Source: an uncultured delta proteobacterium (GTDB taxonomy: Bacteria; Myxococcota_A; UBA9160; SZUA-336). From it: DNA of 64,000 bases. Below the pieces are notes generated by a model. That model had not been told where the DNA came from. It searched no databases and saw only the letters and a program-made list of their open reading frames with translations. The translations under genes were made by a program, and so were the position numbers. Position 1 is the stretch's first letter; every line of letters begins with the position of its first letter. Below, piece after piece: positions 53,687-64,000 of the stretch. The DNA lies in contig CAVPHD010000004.1 of assembly GCA_963704165.1 (NCBI GenBank), forward strand, positions 192,001-256,000, written 5' to 3'.

Positions 53687-53815
53687 GCATTCAGAGTGGC
53701 TCGACCGATCGAGCCCGGCAACCTGGGGGGCCAACCCAAGGTGCCAATCCCACCGAGATCAGGTCTGGGCGGGAGATGCGGTCACGGCGGGGAGCCGTGG
53801 CAAGCGAAGTGGCCC
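53687..53815 (+). ncRNA. SAM-I/IV variant riboswitch
   Basis: P1 GCAT/ATGC, CAGAG junction, P2 GGCTCGA/TCGAGCC, P3 GGCAACC..GGTGCC, P4 TCCC/GGGA, P5 CACGGC/GCCGTG, pseudoknot of L3 GGGCCA with TGGCCC (53810-53815). Confidence 0.8.
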
Positions 53816-53872
53816 AAGCGACTCGTTCGAGTCGCCCGGAACTCGGATGCTTCCTCGATAGGAGAGGGCATC

Positions 53873-54508
53873 ATGGCATCCGACGACGAGGCGCTCGAAG
53901 AGTACGACTGGGAGACCGAGTCGGAAGACGACGACGATCTCGACGACGACGAGATCACCCTCGCCGCCTTGCTCCAGACGCTCGAAGGTGAGATCCAAAG
54001 CTTTCCGCTCGCCGACGGATCGACGGCCCTTCGCTTGGCGGAATGCGCGTACACCCTCGAGCACTGCCTCGGCTCCGACTTCTCGGAGTTGTTCAAGATG
54101 TTCTTCCTGCACCAGCACTACTCGAGCGACCTTGCGCGCGCGGGCTTCGCTTCCGAGACGCTGGCGTCGATCGGATTCGGCAACACGGCTCCAGGGATGT
54201 CCGGGTCGGTGGACCTCACCGTCCTCATTTTCCCTTTCGGCCTGCGCGTGTACCTCGGGCGGAACGACTGGGACGGGTGCCGACTCCTCGGTGGCGGCGT
54301 ACCGAACGAAGCTGAGGGTGCAGATCAGCTCGCCGCGCGCGGGCTCGAGGAAGTGGTGCGCGGCCGCGATCTCCCTCCACACATCCGCGACGCGCTGCTC
54401 GCCGTGCTGGAGTGTGCCGGCACCGCGGCCCTCGAGAACCTGGAGCACCGCGATGTGGTGTCACTCTGGCTGGAGGAGGTGCGCCCACTCCGCAGTCGCA
54501 GCGAGTGA
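53873..54508 (+). CDS. Hypothetical protein with acidic N-terminus
   Basis: RBS GGAGAGG; MASDDEALEEYDWETESEDDDDLDDDE; no recognised domain. Confidence 0.6.
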   Translation: MASDDEALEEYDWETESEDDDDLDDDEITLAALLQTLEGEIQSFPLADGSTALRLAECAYTLEHCLGSDFSELFKMFFLHQHYSSDLARAGFASETLASIGFGNTAPGMSGSVDLTVLIFPFGLRVYLGRNDWDGCRLLGGGVPNEAEGADQLAARGLEEVVRGRDLPPHIRDALLAVLECAGTAALENLEHRDVVSLWLEEVRPLRSRSE

Positions 54509-54546
54509 CCACGACCGAGCGCGATCGCTCCGACGTTGCTTCTTGC

Positions 54547-54588
54547 TGGCGCAGCTCGGGATCGAACCGGGGAGCGGCGGATATTCAG
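54547..54588 (-). repeat. Degenerate copy of the tRNA-Phe 3' half (att-like)
   Basis: 37/42 identical to 55711-55752, same orientation. Confidence 0.8.
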
Positions 54589-54657
54589 AGTGGAGTTGCC
54601 CCACCTAGGTGGACACCTTCGCGCTGGAGGGCTCGGCTTCAAGGGCGATCCCACCGC

Positions 54658-55410
54658 CTACTCTCGGCCCGGCTCGCGCCCCAGCACCATCAACGGATCG
54701 GCATCACGTACGGCGATCCACCGCTCGAGGAATTCGAGTCTGGGAACGAGCCGTGCTCCCAAGGCGATTTTGTAGTCCATCCACGGGTATCCCATGTTCC
54801 AGAACACATAGCCCAGGTTCCGCAGCCTCTCGGCCAACAAGACCATCTGCAGGGTTCCAAAGTGCTTCCAGCGCTCCTCACCCCGAACACAGAATCCCGA
54901 GAGGCTCGTGTAGCTACGCCCAATGGTGTAGCCCAACTCGCCCGCAATCAGCCGTCCGGCCTTGTTCGACCACAGCTCGATCCCGTGAATCGCGAAGTGC
55001 GGATAGGCGCTGCGCTCGAGTTCCCGAACGAGTTCGCAGTACGGCGGCAGCAGCCAGGTTCGTGGGCGGTGATAGTCGACTAGACGCTCCAGCACCTGTG
55101 AGCAATCGGGGGCAACTCGAAGCTCGACTTGCTCCTCAGCGAGCCGCCCCGATGCGATGAGCCAACGCAGGTTTCTCGACAGGTGGAGGTTTCGCCAATC
55201 GAGAACCGCAAAGGTCTTCTCGAGTTCAGGAAGCAGTACGACGCCCAGGTCTGCTTCGTCGCTCGCGATCGAGATGAATCCCGCTCGCGCAAGCGAGACG
55301 TAGAGTCGCGGATCCCAGGAGTCAGACCAGAAGTGCGTCCGAGGCGCGCGGGGATAGATGCGGGAGTGGAGGAGATCCTCCCGAATGTGGGCTAGTGCAA
55401 TCCGCTCCAT
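54658..55410 (-). CDS. Leu/Phe-tRNA-protein transferase-like protein
   Basis: LHLSRNLR, HGIELW..LIAGELG..IG..YTSLSGF, LGARLVPR.EF. Confidence 0.65.
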   Translation of the reverse strand: MERIALAHIREDLLHSRIYPRAPRTHFWSDSWDPRLYVSLARAGFISIASDEADLGVVLLPELEKTFAVLDWRNLHLSRNLRWLIASGRLAEEQVELRVAPDCSQVLERLVDYHRPRTWLLPPYCELVRELERSAYPHFAIHGIELWSNKAGRLIAGELGYTIGRSYTSLSGFCVRGEERWKHFGTLQMVLLAERLRNLGYVFWNMGYPWMDYKIALGARLVPRLEFLERWIAVRDADPLMVLGREPGRE

Positions 55411-55707
55411 CTTGAACCTGCGTTCGTTGCCGGGAGGGTGGGTCGGTAGTCTAAGGCGATCGGCGGCTGGATGTCTGGAGTCGACCCGGTTTCGTGGACT
55501 CCTGATCGCGGCTCGACCACGCCCACGTCCCGCCTTCTCGAGCTCTGTCAGCCGGCGTCGCAGCTCAGCCGGGTACCGCGACGGATGTCCTCCCGGAATC
55601 TCGAACGCCCTGATCCCAAGTGGCCAGGAGTCCACGAAACCGGGTCGACTCTAGTCGCCGCCGTCCGCACGCCCGCGTCGAAAAGCGAGCACCGTCGCGC
55701 TCTTCCC

Positions 55708-55783
<76 letters not shown>

Positions 55784-55801
55784 GTGGGCGCGCAGTATGG
55801 C

Positions 55802-56383
55802 TCAGCGGGGCTCGACCGTCACGCTCTCGACCCGGACGTCGGCGAGCGGGCGGTCGTTCGCGTCACGCGGGGCGGCCGAGATGCGATCGACGACGTCCTG
55901 GCCCGAGACGAGCTGGCCGAAGACCGTGTACTGGCCGTCGAGCTGCGGGCGCCACGCGTCGGAGGCGGTGGTCATGATGAAGAACTGCGAGCCGGCGGTG
56001 TCGGGGCCGGAGGCGCGGCCCATCGAGACGGTGCCCGGAAGATGGGGGACGTCGTTGAACTCGGCCTTCAGGGCGTAGCCGGGGCCGCCGAAGCCGTCGT
56101 TCGTCGGGTCGGCGTCCTTCGAGTTCGGGTCGCCGCCCTGGATCATGAAGCGCGGGATGACGCGGTGAAACGTGGTGCCGTCGTAGAAGCGCGCGGCGGC
56201 GAGCGACTTGAAGCTCGCGACGTGGCGCGGCGCCTGGTCGGCGAGAAGCGCGAAGCGGATCTCGCCGAAGTCACGCACGCGGACGACGGCGATCTCGCGG
56301 GTTGCGGGCGTTTCCGAGCCGCATGCGAGGAGCACGGACGCGGCGCACGCGGCGAGCAGCGGAAGCAGCCGATGGGGACGCAC
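55802..56383 (-). CDS. Cyclophilin-type peptidyl-prolyl isomerase (lipoprotein)
   Basis: FYDGTTFHRVIPRFMIQGGDP, GSQFFI, LDGQYTVFG. Confidence 0.92.
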   Translation of the reverse strand: MRPHRLLPLLAACAASVLLACGSETPATREIAVVRVRDFGEIRFALLADQAPRHVASFKSLAAARFYDGTTFHRVIPRFMIQGGDPNSKDADPTNDGFGGPGYALKAEFNDVPHLPGTVSMGRASGPDTAGSQFFIMTTASDAWRPQLDGQYTVFGQLVSGQDVVDRISAAPRDANDRPLADVRVESVTVEPR

Positions 56384-56433
56384 GGCCGCGAACGCTAGCA
56401 CGCGCGCGAGAGCGCGTGATACGGTCCGCGACC

Positions 56434-58156
56434 ATGCGCAGTTTCTCTCGCGTCCTCGGTCCCGTCGTCGGCATCTTGCTTCTGCTCGCGCCGCTCGCGC
56501 TCGCGGTCGAGCCCGGGCCGGCGTGGGGCCATCGCGGCATGGTCGTGACGTCGGTCGGGCCGGCGGCGTCCGCCGGGCGCGAGATCCTCGGGCGCGGCGG
56601 AAACGCGGTCGACGCGGCGGTCGCGACGGCGTTCGCGGCCGGGGTCGCGCACCAGTACAGCTCGGGAATCGGCGGCGGCGGATTCGCGGTGGTGTACATG
56701 GCGGAGTCCGGCGAGGTGACGACGCTCGACGCGCGCGAGACCGCGCCCGCTTCGGCCAACGAGCTGCGTCTACCTCGACGATCAGGGAAAGCCCATCCCC
56801 CGCGCGACGCTCGCCGGTCCTCGCGCGGTGGCGGTGCCGGGACTCGTGCAGGGACTCTACGAATTGCACCAGCGCTACGGCTCGCTCGAATGGCACGAGC
56901 TCTTGAAGCCGGCGATCCGGCTCTGCCGCGACGGCGTCGAGATCGCGCCCGCGGAGCGGCGCATGCTGCAGATCGTCGCGCCGCGGCTCGCCGATTTTCC
57001 GGAGACCGCGCGCATTCAGCTCGACGCCGGGCAGGTGCCGCCGCTCGGCTGGCGGCTCTACCAGCCCGATCTCGCGCGCACGCTCGAGCAGATCGCGGCG
57101 CGCGGCGGCTTCGCGCTCGTCTACGGCGACCTCGCGCGCAAGATCGTCGACGCGACCGGTGGCGCGCTCACGCTCGACGACCTCGCCGGCTATCAGCCGA
57201 TCTGGCGCGATCCTGTGCGCGGCACGTACCGCGGGCTCGAGATCGTCTCGATGCCGCCGCCGAGCTCGGGCGGCGTGCTGCTCGTCGAGATGCTCAACGC
57301 CCTCGAGCCCTACGACCTCGGTGCGCTCGGTCTGAACTCGAGTGAGACGGTGAATCTCGTCGCCGGCGCGATGAAGCTCGCGTTCGCGGACCGCGCCGAG
57401 TATCTGGGCGATCCGGGATTCGTCCGCGTCCCGACCGACCATCTCGCCTCGAAGGCGTACGGACACGAGCTCGCCGCGTTGCTGCGGCCGCCCTTCTTTC
57501 TGCTGCGCGCGCCGTGGAACTGGGGCAAGCCGGTGATTCCGAACACGCGCCGCGCAGCGCCCGCGCCGCCCGACGACGGCGGCACGACACAGATCTCGGT
57601 CGTCGACGAGCAGGGCAACGCCGTCTCTCTCACGCAGACCGTGAACACGCTCTTCGGCTCGCTGATCACCGTGCCGGGGACGGGCATCGTTCTCAACAAC
57701 GAGATGGACGACTTCTCCCTGCCCGGTACGCCGAACGCGTGGGGCGCGGTGGGGCAGTCGGCGAACTCGATCCAGCCCGGAAAGCGACCGCTCTCGAGCA
57801 TGACGCCGACGATCGTGCTCGAGAACGGCGAAGTCCGGTACGTCCTCGGCAGCCCGATGGGGACGTTCATCATCTCGAGCGTGCTGCAGACGCTGCTCAA
57901 CAGCGTCGACTTCAAGCTCGGTCCCGAGCAGGCGGTGTCGATGCCGCGCTTCCACCACCAGTGGAGCCCCGACACGCTGATGGTCGAGCCGACGCACCCG
58001 CGCGACGTCGTCGAGAAGCTGCGCGACTGGGGCCACACCGTCGAGCCGAGTCGCTTCCCGATGGGGGCCGTGCAGCTGATCGTCCGAGACAAGCCGTCCG
58101 AGACCTGGTTCGGCTCGACCGATCCGCGCCGCGATGGCGCGGCGCTCGGGTACTGA
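56434..58156 (+). CDS. ggt: Gamma-glutamyltransferase; frameshift near 56765
   Basis: GGNAVDAA, SGIGGGGF, DARETAP, PPPSSGG, TTQISVVD, LNNEMDDF, PLSSMTP. Confidence 0.92.
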
Positions 58157-58165
58157 CGGGGCCCG

Positions 58166-60807
58166 CTACTTCACGATCGCGATCACCGGCGCGTCGAGGT
58201 GGATCACGCGCTTCGCGACGCGCTTCACGTCGTCGACGGTGACCGCGCTGATCCGCTCGTCGTAGTCCAGGTGGTGCGTGGCTCCCAGGCCATAGAGAGC
58301 GTCGAGCGAGAGCAGGCTCGCCTGCGTGCCGAACCGCTGCAGCGAGACGGCCTGGCTCCCGATCAGGTACGCCTTCGCGCGCGCGAGCTCCGCGTCGGGA
58401 ATCGGATCCTCGACGATCTTCGCGAGCTCGCGCTCGATCCCGCTCGTCATTTCGCCGAGCTTCGCGGGCTCGCCGGCGATGTAGACGCCCCAGATGCCCG
58501 CATCCACTCCTTCGAGGTCGAACGCGGTAACCGTGTAGGCCAGACTCTGCTTGTCCCGGAGCTCGAGAAAGAGCCGCCCACCCTGGCCGGAAAGCACTTG
58601 CGTCATCACGTCGAGGGCCGGCAGATCGGGATCTCCGATCGTGAGGGCGAGGAAGCCGTAGACGACGTGCGCCTGGTTCTTCTTCTTCTCGAGCACGACC
58701 TCGCGCTCGCGCATCGGTGACTCGGGAGTCGCGCGGGCCGGGAGCGCGACGGGTCCGGTGTCCGACCATCCCGACAAGTGCGAGGCGATCGCGGCGACGA
58801 TTCGATCCGGATCGGCGGCTCCGACCACGCTCAGCACCCCGTTCGACGGCTGCGCGTAATGCGCGAAGTATCGGGCCAGGGATTCGCGGTCGAGCTTCTC
58901 GATCGACTGCGCGGTTCCGATCGACGAGAAGCGGTACGGATGCGCAGGGTAGATCGCCTGCTGAAACAGCTCGAACGCCTTCGTCGACAGGCTGTCCTCG
59001 CGTCGGCGCAACGCGGCCATTCGCTCGACCTTGACCTTGGTGATCTCTTCCTGCGGAAACGCCGGGTGCAGGAGCACGTCGGAAAACAGATCGAGGCCGG
59101 TGTCGAGCGAGTTGGCGAGGAACTCCGCCTGCAGTCCGAAGCTGTTGCGCCCCGCGAAACCGGAGAGATCGCCCGCGATGTCGTCGATCTCGGTCGCGAG
59201 CTGCGTCGAGCTTCGCGACGTCGTCCCGCGCGAGAGCATCTCGGCGACGAACGAGGTGATGCCCTGCGTGCTCTCGGTCTCGGCGAGCAGTCCGCCGAGG
59301 AACGACAGGCGCATCGAGACGAGCGGCACGTTCTCGTTGCGCTTCACCACCACGCGCAGGCCGTTCGGGAGCTGGTACTCGCGAATTCCGTCGCGGAGCT
59401 CCTTCCACGTGAGGGACGGACCGGCGCTGCCGTAGCCGCGCGCGAGCGCCGCGAGAAGCCCGGCTGGATCGACCGAGCCATTCGCATCCTTCGCCGTCAG
59501 CGCGACACCGTCGCGCGCTCGGGCGTCAGGTACGTCTGCGCGACCCGCTGAAGATCGGCTTGCGTGGCGCGGCGCACGCTCTCGAGGTACGTCGCTTCGG
59601 CCTCGATCCCGCCTGCGAGCACCTCGAAGTAGCCGAACTTCTGCGCCTGTCCCTGCATCGTCTCGCGCTCGTGCACCTGGCTCGCGAGCAGATTCGTGCG
59701 CGCGCGCTCGAGCTCCGCTTCGGACGGACCGAGATCGCGCACGCGCCGGATCTGCTCGGCAATCGCGCCGACCGTGGCGTCGATCTTGTCCGCGTCGAGC
59801 TCCGCATCGACGACGAAGAGCCCGGGATCGAGCGGCGTGTAGGAGCTCGCGTGTATGCCGTGGACGAGCTGGTCGCGGTCCTTCACCTCGCGGTAGAGCC
59901 GCGAGCTGTCGCCCGAGCCGAGCACCATTCCCAGCAGGTCGAGGTACGGCGTGTCCTCGTGCCGGAAGGCGGTGATCTTCCAGCCGATGCCGAGCAGGGA
60001 TTGCTCGAACTCGCTCTGCACGACGGCAGCGCGCGCCACGGACTGCTCGGGCTCGGATGCGCGCGGGTGCGCGAGATCCGCGCGCGGCTTCGCGCTCGCG
60101 AACGCGCTCTTGATCTGCTCGAGCACGGCGTTCGGGTCGAAGTCGCCGACCGCGATGAAGGTCATGTTGTTCGGCACGTACCACGCGCGGTAGAAGTCGA
60201 GCAGACCTTCGCGTGTGAAGCTCCGCACACTCGCCTGCGTGCCGATCACGTCCTTGCGATAGGGGTGTGTCTCGAACGCGGTCGCGAAGAGCTTCTGAGA
60301 CAGGACGTTGTCGGGCGAGTCGTCGGAGCGCCGGATCTCCTCGATCACGACCTCTTCTTCCTTCGCGAGCTCGGCGGCGTCGAAGGTCGAGCTCTGCATC
60401 GCGTCCGCGAGTACGTCGATGCCGACCGAGACGTCACGGCTCGCCATCGTGATGTGGTAGACGGTCATGTCGTACGAGGTGAAGGCGTTGATGTTCCCGC
60501 CCGCTCCCTCGACCGTGCTCGCGATCTCGCCGACGCCGCGGCGCTCGGTGCCCTTGAAGAGCATGTGCTCGTGCACGTGCGCCATGCCCCACTGCTCGTC
60601 GCGCTCGTCGGCGCCGCCGACCCGCACCCAGACGTTCATCGCCACGACCGGCGCCGAGTGGTCCTCGACCAGGATGACCTCGAGACCGTTGGGCAGTGTG
60701 GTTTGGAGCATTCCGTCCTTCTTCGGGGCCATCGGTTCGGGGCTCGAGGGCAGGAGCGCGCATGCGCTCTGCAGACACAGCAAGGCGATTCCAAGGCTAT
60801 GACGCAA
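58166..60807 (-). CDS. M16 (pitrilysin-family) zinc peptidase; frameshift near 59500
   Basis: AHVHEHMLFKGT, INAFTS, duplicated LPNGL domains. Confidence 0.9.
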
Positions 60808-60853
60808 TCTCTCGCTCCCCCCTACGCGCTTCGGGGCGCATAGGATACGGGCG

Positions 60854-62038
60854 TTGGCTTCCCAGACAAGCGGCGCCGAGGGCGCAGGTGACCTCGGACT
60901 GTACGTCCACGTGCCGTTCTGCGAGCACGTCTGCCCGTACTGCGACTTCGCCGTACTTCCCGTGCGCCAGCTCTCGGAGCGGGACGAGCGGGAATTCGTC
61001 GATCTCGTGCTTCGCGAGTTCGGGCGCGTTCGCGAGAGGGTCGCGGGTCGCGAGGTCGCGAGCGTCTACTTCGGGGGCGGCACGCCGTCCCTGCTCCGGG
61101 CGGAGTCGGTCGCGCGCTTGCTCGAAGCCTTTGCCGCCGACCTCCACTTCGCATCGCCCGAGATCACCGTCGAGCTGAACCCCGGCCAGCTCGAGGTCTC
61201 GCGCGTGCCGGGGTTCCGCGCGGCCGGCGTGACGCGCCTGTCCGTCGGCGTGCAGGCGTTCGACGACGCGGTGCTGCGAAAGCTCGGCCGCGCTCAGAAG
61301 GGTAGGGAGGCGCTCCACGGGCTCGAGGCCTGCCTCGCGGCCGGCTTCGACTCGCTCTCCGTCGACCTGATCTACGGCGCGCCCGGTCAGACGCTCGACG
61401 CGTTGCTCGGCGACGTCGAGACCGCGATCGATCTCGGCGTTCCGCACGTCTCGGCCTATGCGCTGACGCTCGAGCCCGGTACGCCGATCGCGCTCGGAGT
61501 CGAGCGAGGCGTGATCGAGCTACCCGACGAGGACACCGTGCTCGAAATGAGCCGGCTTCTGCGCTCGCGCCTCTCGGCGGCTGGGATCCCGCAGTACGAG
61601 ATCTCGAGCTACGCGCGTCCCGGGCACCGCTCGCGCCACAACGAGCGCTACTGGCTGCGCCGTGACGTGCTCGGGCTCGGCCCGTCGGCGGCGAGCCTGA
61701 TCGGCGCGACGCGCTCGCAGAACGTTCGCGCGCTTCGCGAATGGAAAGCAGCACTCGTCGAGGACCGGCCTGCGGTCTCGGAGTCCGAAACCCTGAGCGA
61801 AGCCGCGGCACGGCGCGAGACGCTCTTCCTGGGGCTGCGCCGCCTCGACGGTGTCCGGCGTGCGGACTTCCTGCGTCGCTTCGGTGCGGCGCCGGAGGCG
61901 TTCTTCTCGACCGAGCTCGAGGCGCTGCGGGGTCGAGGCCTCGTCCTGGAGGAGGCCGGTGCGATCCGGCTCTCCGAGCGGGGAATCCTCTTCGCGGACG
62001 AGGTTTTCGCCGGCCTGCTCGGCGACGACGAGCGTTGA
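60854..62038 (+). CDS. hemW: Radical SAM heme chaperone HemW
   Basis: LYVHVPFCEHVCPYCDF, GGGTPS, YEISSYA, HNERYW; upstream of hrcA. Confidence 0.9.
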   Translation: MASQTSGAEGAGDLGLYVHVPFCEHVCPYCDFAVLPVRQLSERDEREFVDLVLREFGRVRERVAGREVASVYFGGGTPSLLRAESVARLLEAFAADLHFASPEITVELNPGQLEVSRVPGFRAAGVTRLSVGVQAFDDAVLRKLGRAQKGREALHGLEACLAAGFDSLSVDLIYGAPGQTLDALLGDVETAIDLGVPHVSAYALTLEPGTPIALGVERGVIELPDEDTVLEMSRLLRSRLSAAGIPQYEISSYARPGHRSRHNERYWLRRDVLGLGPSAASLIGATRSQNVRALREWKAALVEDRPAVSESETLSEAAARRETLFLGLRRLDGVRRADFLRRFGAAPEAFFSTELEALRGRGLVLEEAGAIRLSERGILFADEVFAGLLGDDER

Positions 62039-62071
62039 CACGATGAATCGGGCGCGGCTAGCCTCGATTCC

Positions 62072-63130
62072 GTGAGAACCGTGGCCGAGCCGAGCGCAGC
62101 CGTGCACGAGCTTCGCGAGCTGCCCGAGCGCCTCTCCGAAGTGCTGCTCGCCGTGCTGCGCGCCTACGTCGAGAGCGGGCAGCCGATCGGCTCACGCGAC
62201 GCGCGCGAGCAGAGCAGCCTCAAGGTGTCGTCGGCCACCGTGCGCGGGGTGATGGGCGAGCTGATGGATCTCGGCCTGCTCGAGCAGCCGCACACGTCGG
62301 CGGGACGGATTCCGACCGACGCGGCGTTCCGGCTCTGGGTCGATCAGCTGCTGCACGCTCCCGGGCACGGTCGAGCGGTGCCGCGAGATCTCTCGCGCGA
62401 GTTCAGCGAGCCGGTCGCCGCGGTCGAGGACGGACTGCGGCGTGCGGCGGACGTGCTCACGCACGTCACCGGCCAGCTCGGCTTCTGCGTGGCGCTCGAG
62501 AGCGAGCGCGTGCGTCTGAAGTGCCTGCGCTTCGTGCGCGTCTCGAGCGAGCGCGTGATGGCGCTCCTGGTCTCGGAAGGCGACGTCGTGCGCACGCGTC
62601 TGCTCGACGAGCGAGAGTGTGACCAGCGCAGGCTCGATCGCATTTCGGGCTCGCTCTCGCGGCTGGTCGCCGGCCTGACGCTCGAAGACGCCCGCGCCCG
62701 ACTCTCGGCCGAGATCGACGGCGATCACGCGCAGCGCGACGCGCTCTGGCGAAAGCACCTCGCGCTCGGCCGGCTCGGGCTCGACGTCGAGATCGAGGCG
62801 GAGCTGTACGTCGGTGACCGCACGCAGATTCTCAACCAGCCCGAGTTCGAAGACGGCGCGCGGCTGCGCGAGCTGCTTCGCGCTCTCGACGAGAAGCAGC
62901 GCATGCTGGCGCTACTCGACAACGTCTTGAAGGCCGGCGAGATGCGCGTCGTGATCGGAGAGGAGCTCGGCGATCCTCGTGTCGCGCGCTGTGCCGTGGT
63001 GGCGGAGCCGGTCGGCTCGGCACCCCTGCGTGGCGGGCTCGGCGTGATCGGTCCGGTGCGCATGCGCTACGATCGGGTGATCCCGATGGTGCGCTACGTA
63101 TCCGGGAAGCTCGGACCCGCCCTCGCCTGA
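62072..63130 (+). CDS. hrcA: Heat-inducible repressor
   Basis: PIGS, SSATVR, QPHTSAGRIPTD, GVIGPVRMRY. Confidence 0.93.
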   Translation: MRTVAEPSAAVHELRELPERLSEVLLAVLRAYVESGQPIGSRDAREQSSLKVSSATVRGVMGELMDLGLLEQPHTSAGRIPTDAAFRLWVDQLLHAPGHGRAVPRDLSREFSEPVAAVEDGLRRAADVLTHVTGQLGFCVALESERVRLKCLRFVRVSSERVMALLVSEGDVVRTRLLDERECDQRRLDRISGSLSRLVAGLTLEDARARLSAEIDGDHAQRDALWRKHLALGRLGLDVEIEAELYVGDRTQILNQPEFEDGARLRELLRALDEKQRMLALLDNVLKAGEMRVVIGEELGDPRVARCAVVAEPVGSAPLRGGLGVIGPVRMRYDRVIPMVRYVSGKLGPALA

Positions 63131-63163
63131 CACTTCACGGCGCGCGAGTCCGAAGGATAGGGA

Positions 63164-64000
<837 letters not shown>

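Noticed and set aside
53689..54593. 11-bp repeat ATTCAGAGTGG shared by the riboswitch and the att scar
   Set aside because: Too short to distinguish from chance, and one copy is constrained by the aptamer core.
56395..56421. CIRCE-like inverted repeat between the cyclophilin gene and ggt
   Set aside because: Wrong spacing and mostly low-complexity GC sequence.

Overview
This is a high-GC bacterial window; a Myxococcota/deltaproteobacterial origin is my inference and was not verified. It contains many single-base frameshifts that look like long-read errors. Positions ~1-50 kb hold a nitrogen-oxide respiration region: clade II nosZ, nirS with a multiheme/NrfC/NrfD module, heme d1 genes (nirN, nirJ, nirF, nirDL and a decayed nirE), nirK with SCO, a copper storage protein, two hemerythrins, a DUF2249 protein and a Crp/Fnr regulator. 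These are interleaved with O2-dependent oxygenases (Baeyer-Villiger monooxygenase, P450, two HsaA-like flavin monooxygenases). The only NO-consuming enzyme in the window is a qNor-family protein with the substitutions diagnostic of the putative NO dismutase Nod (HH to HN, Glu to Gln, quinol-site His and Asp lost). That suggests O2-generating denitrification feeding oxygenases. Four other signals were read directly from the DNA: (1) a TATGA-N6-TCATA Crp/Fnr-type box recurring four times at about -41.5; (2) a UGA-containing PrdB/GrdB-family selenoprotein with a SECIS hairpin; (3) a SAM-I/IV riboswitch upstream of an unknown gene; (4) a tRNA-Phe att-site scar. The right end is housekeeping (cyclophilin, ggt, M16 peptidase, hemW-hrcA-grpE-dnaK). 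All calls rest on motif recognition; no database searches were run.
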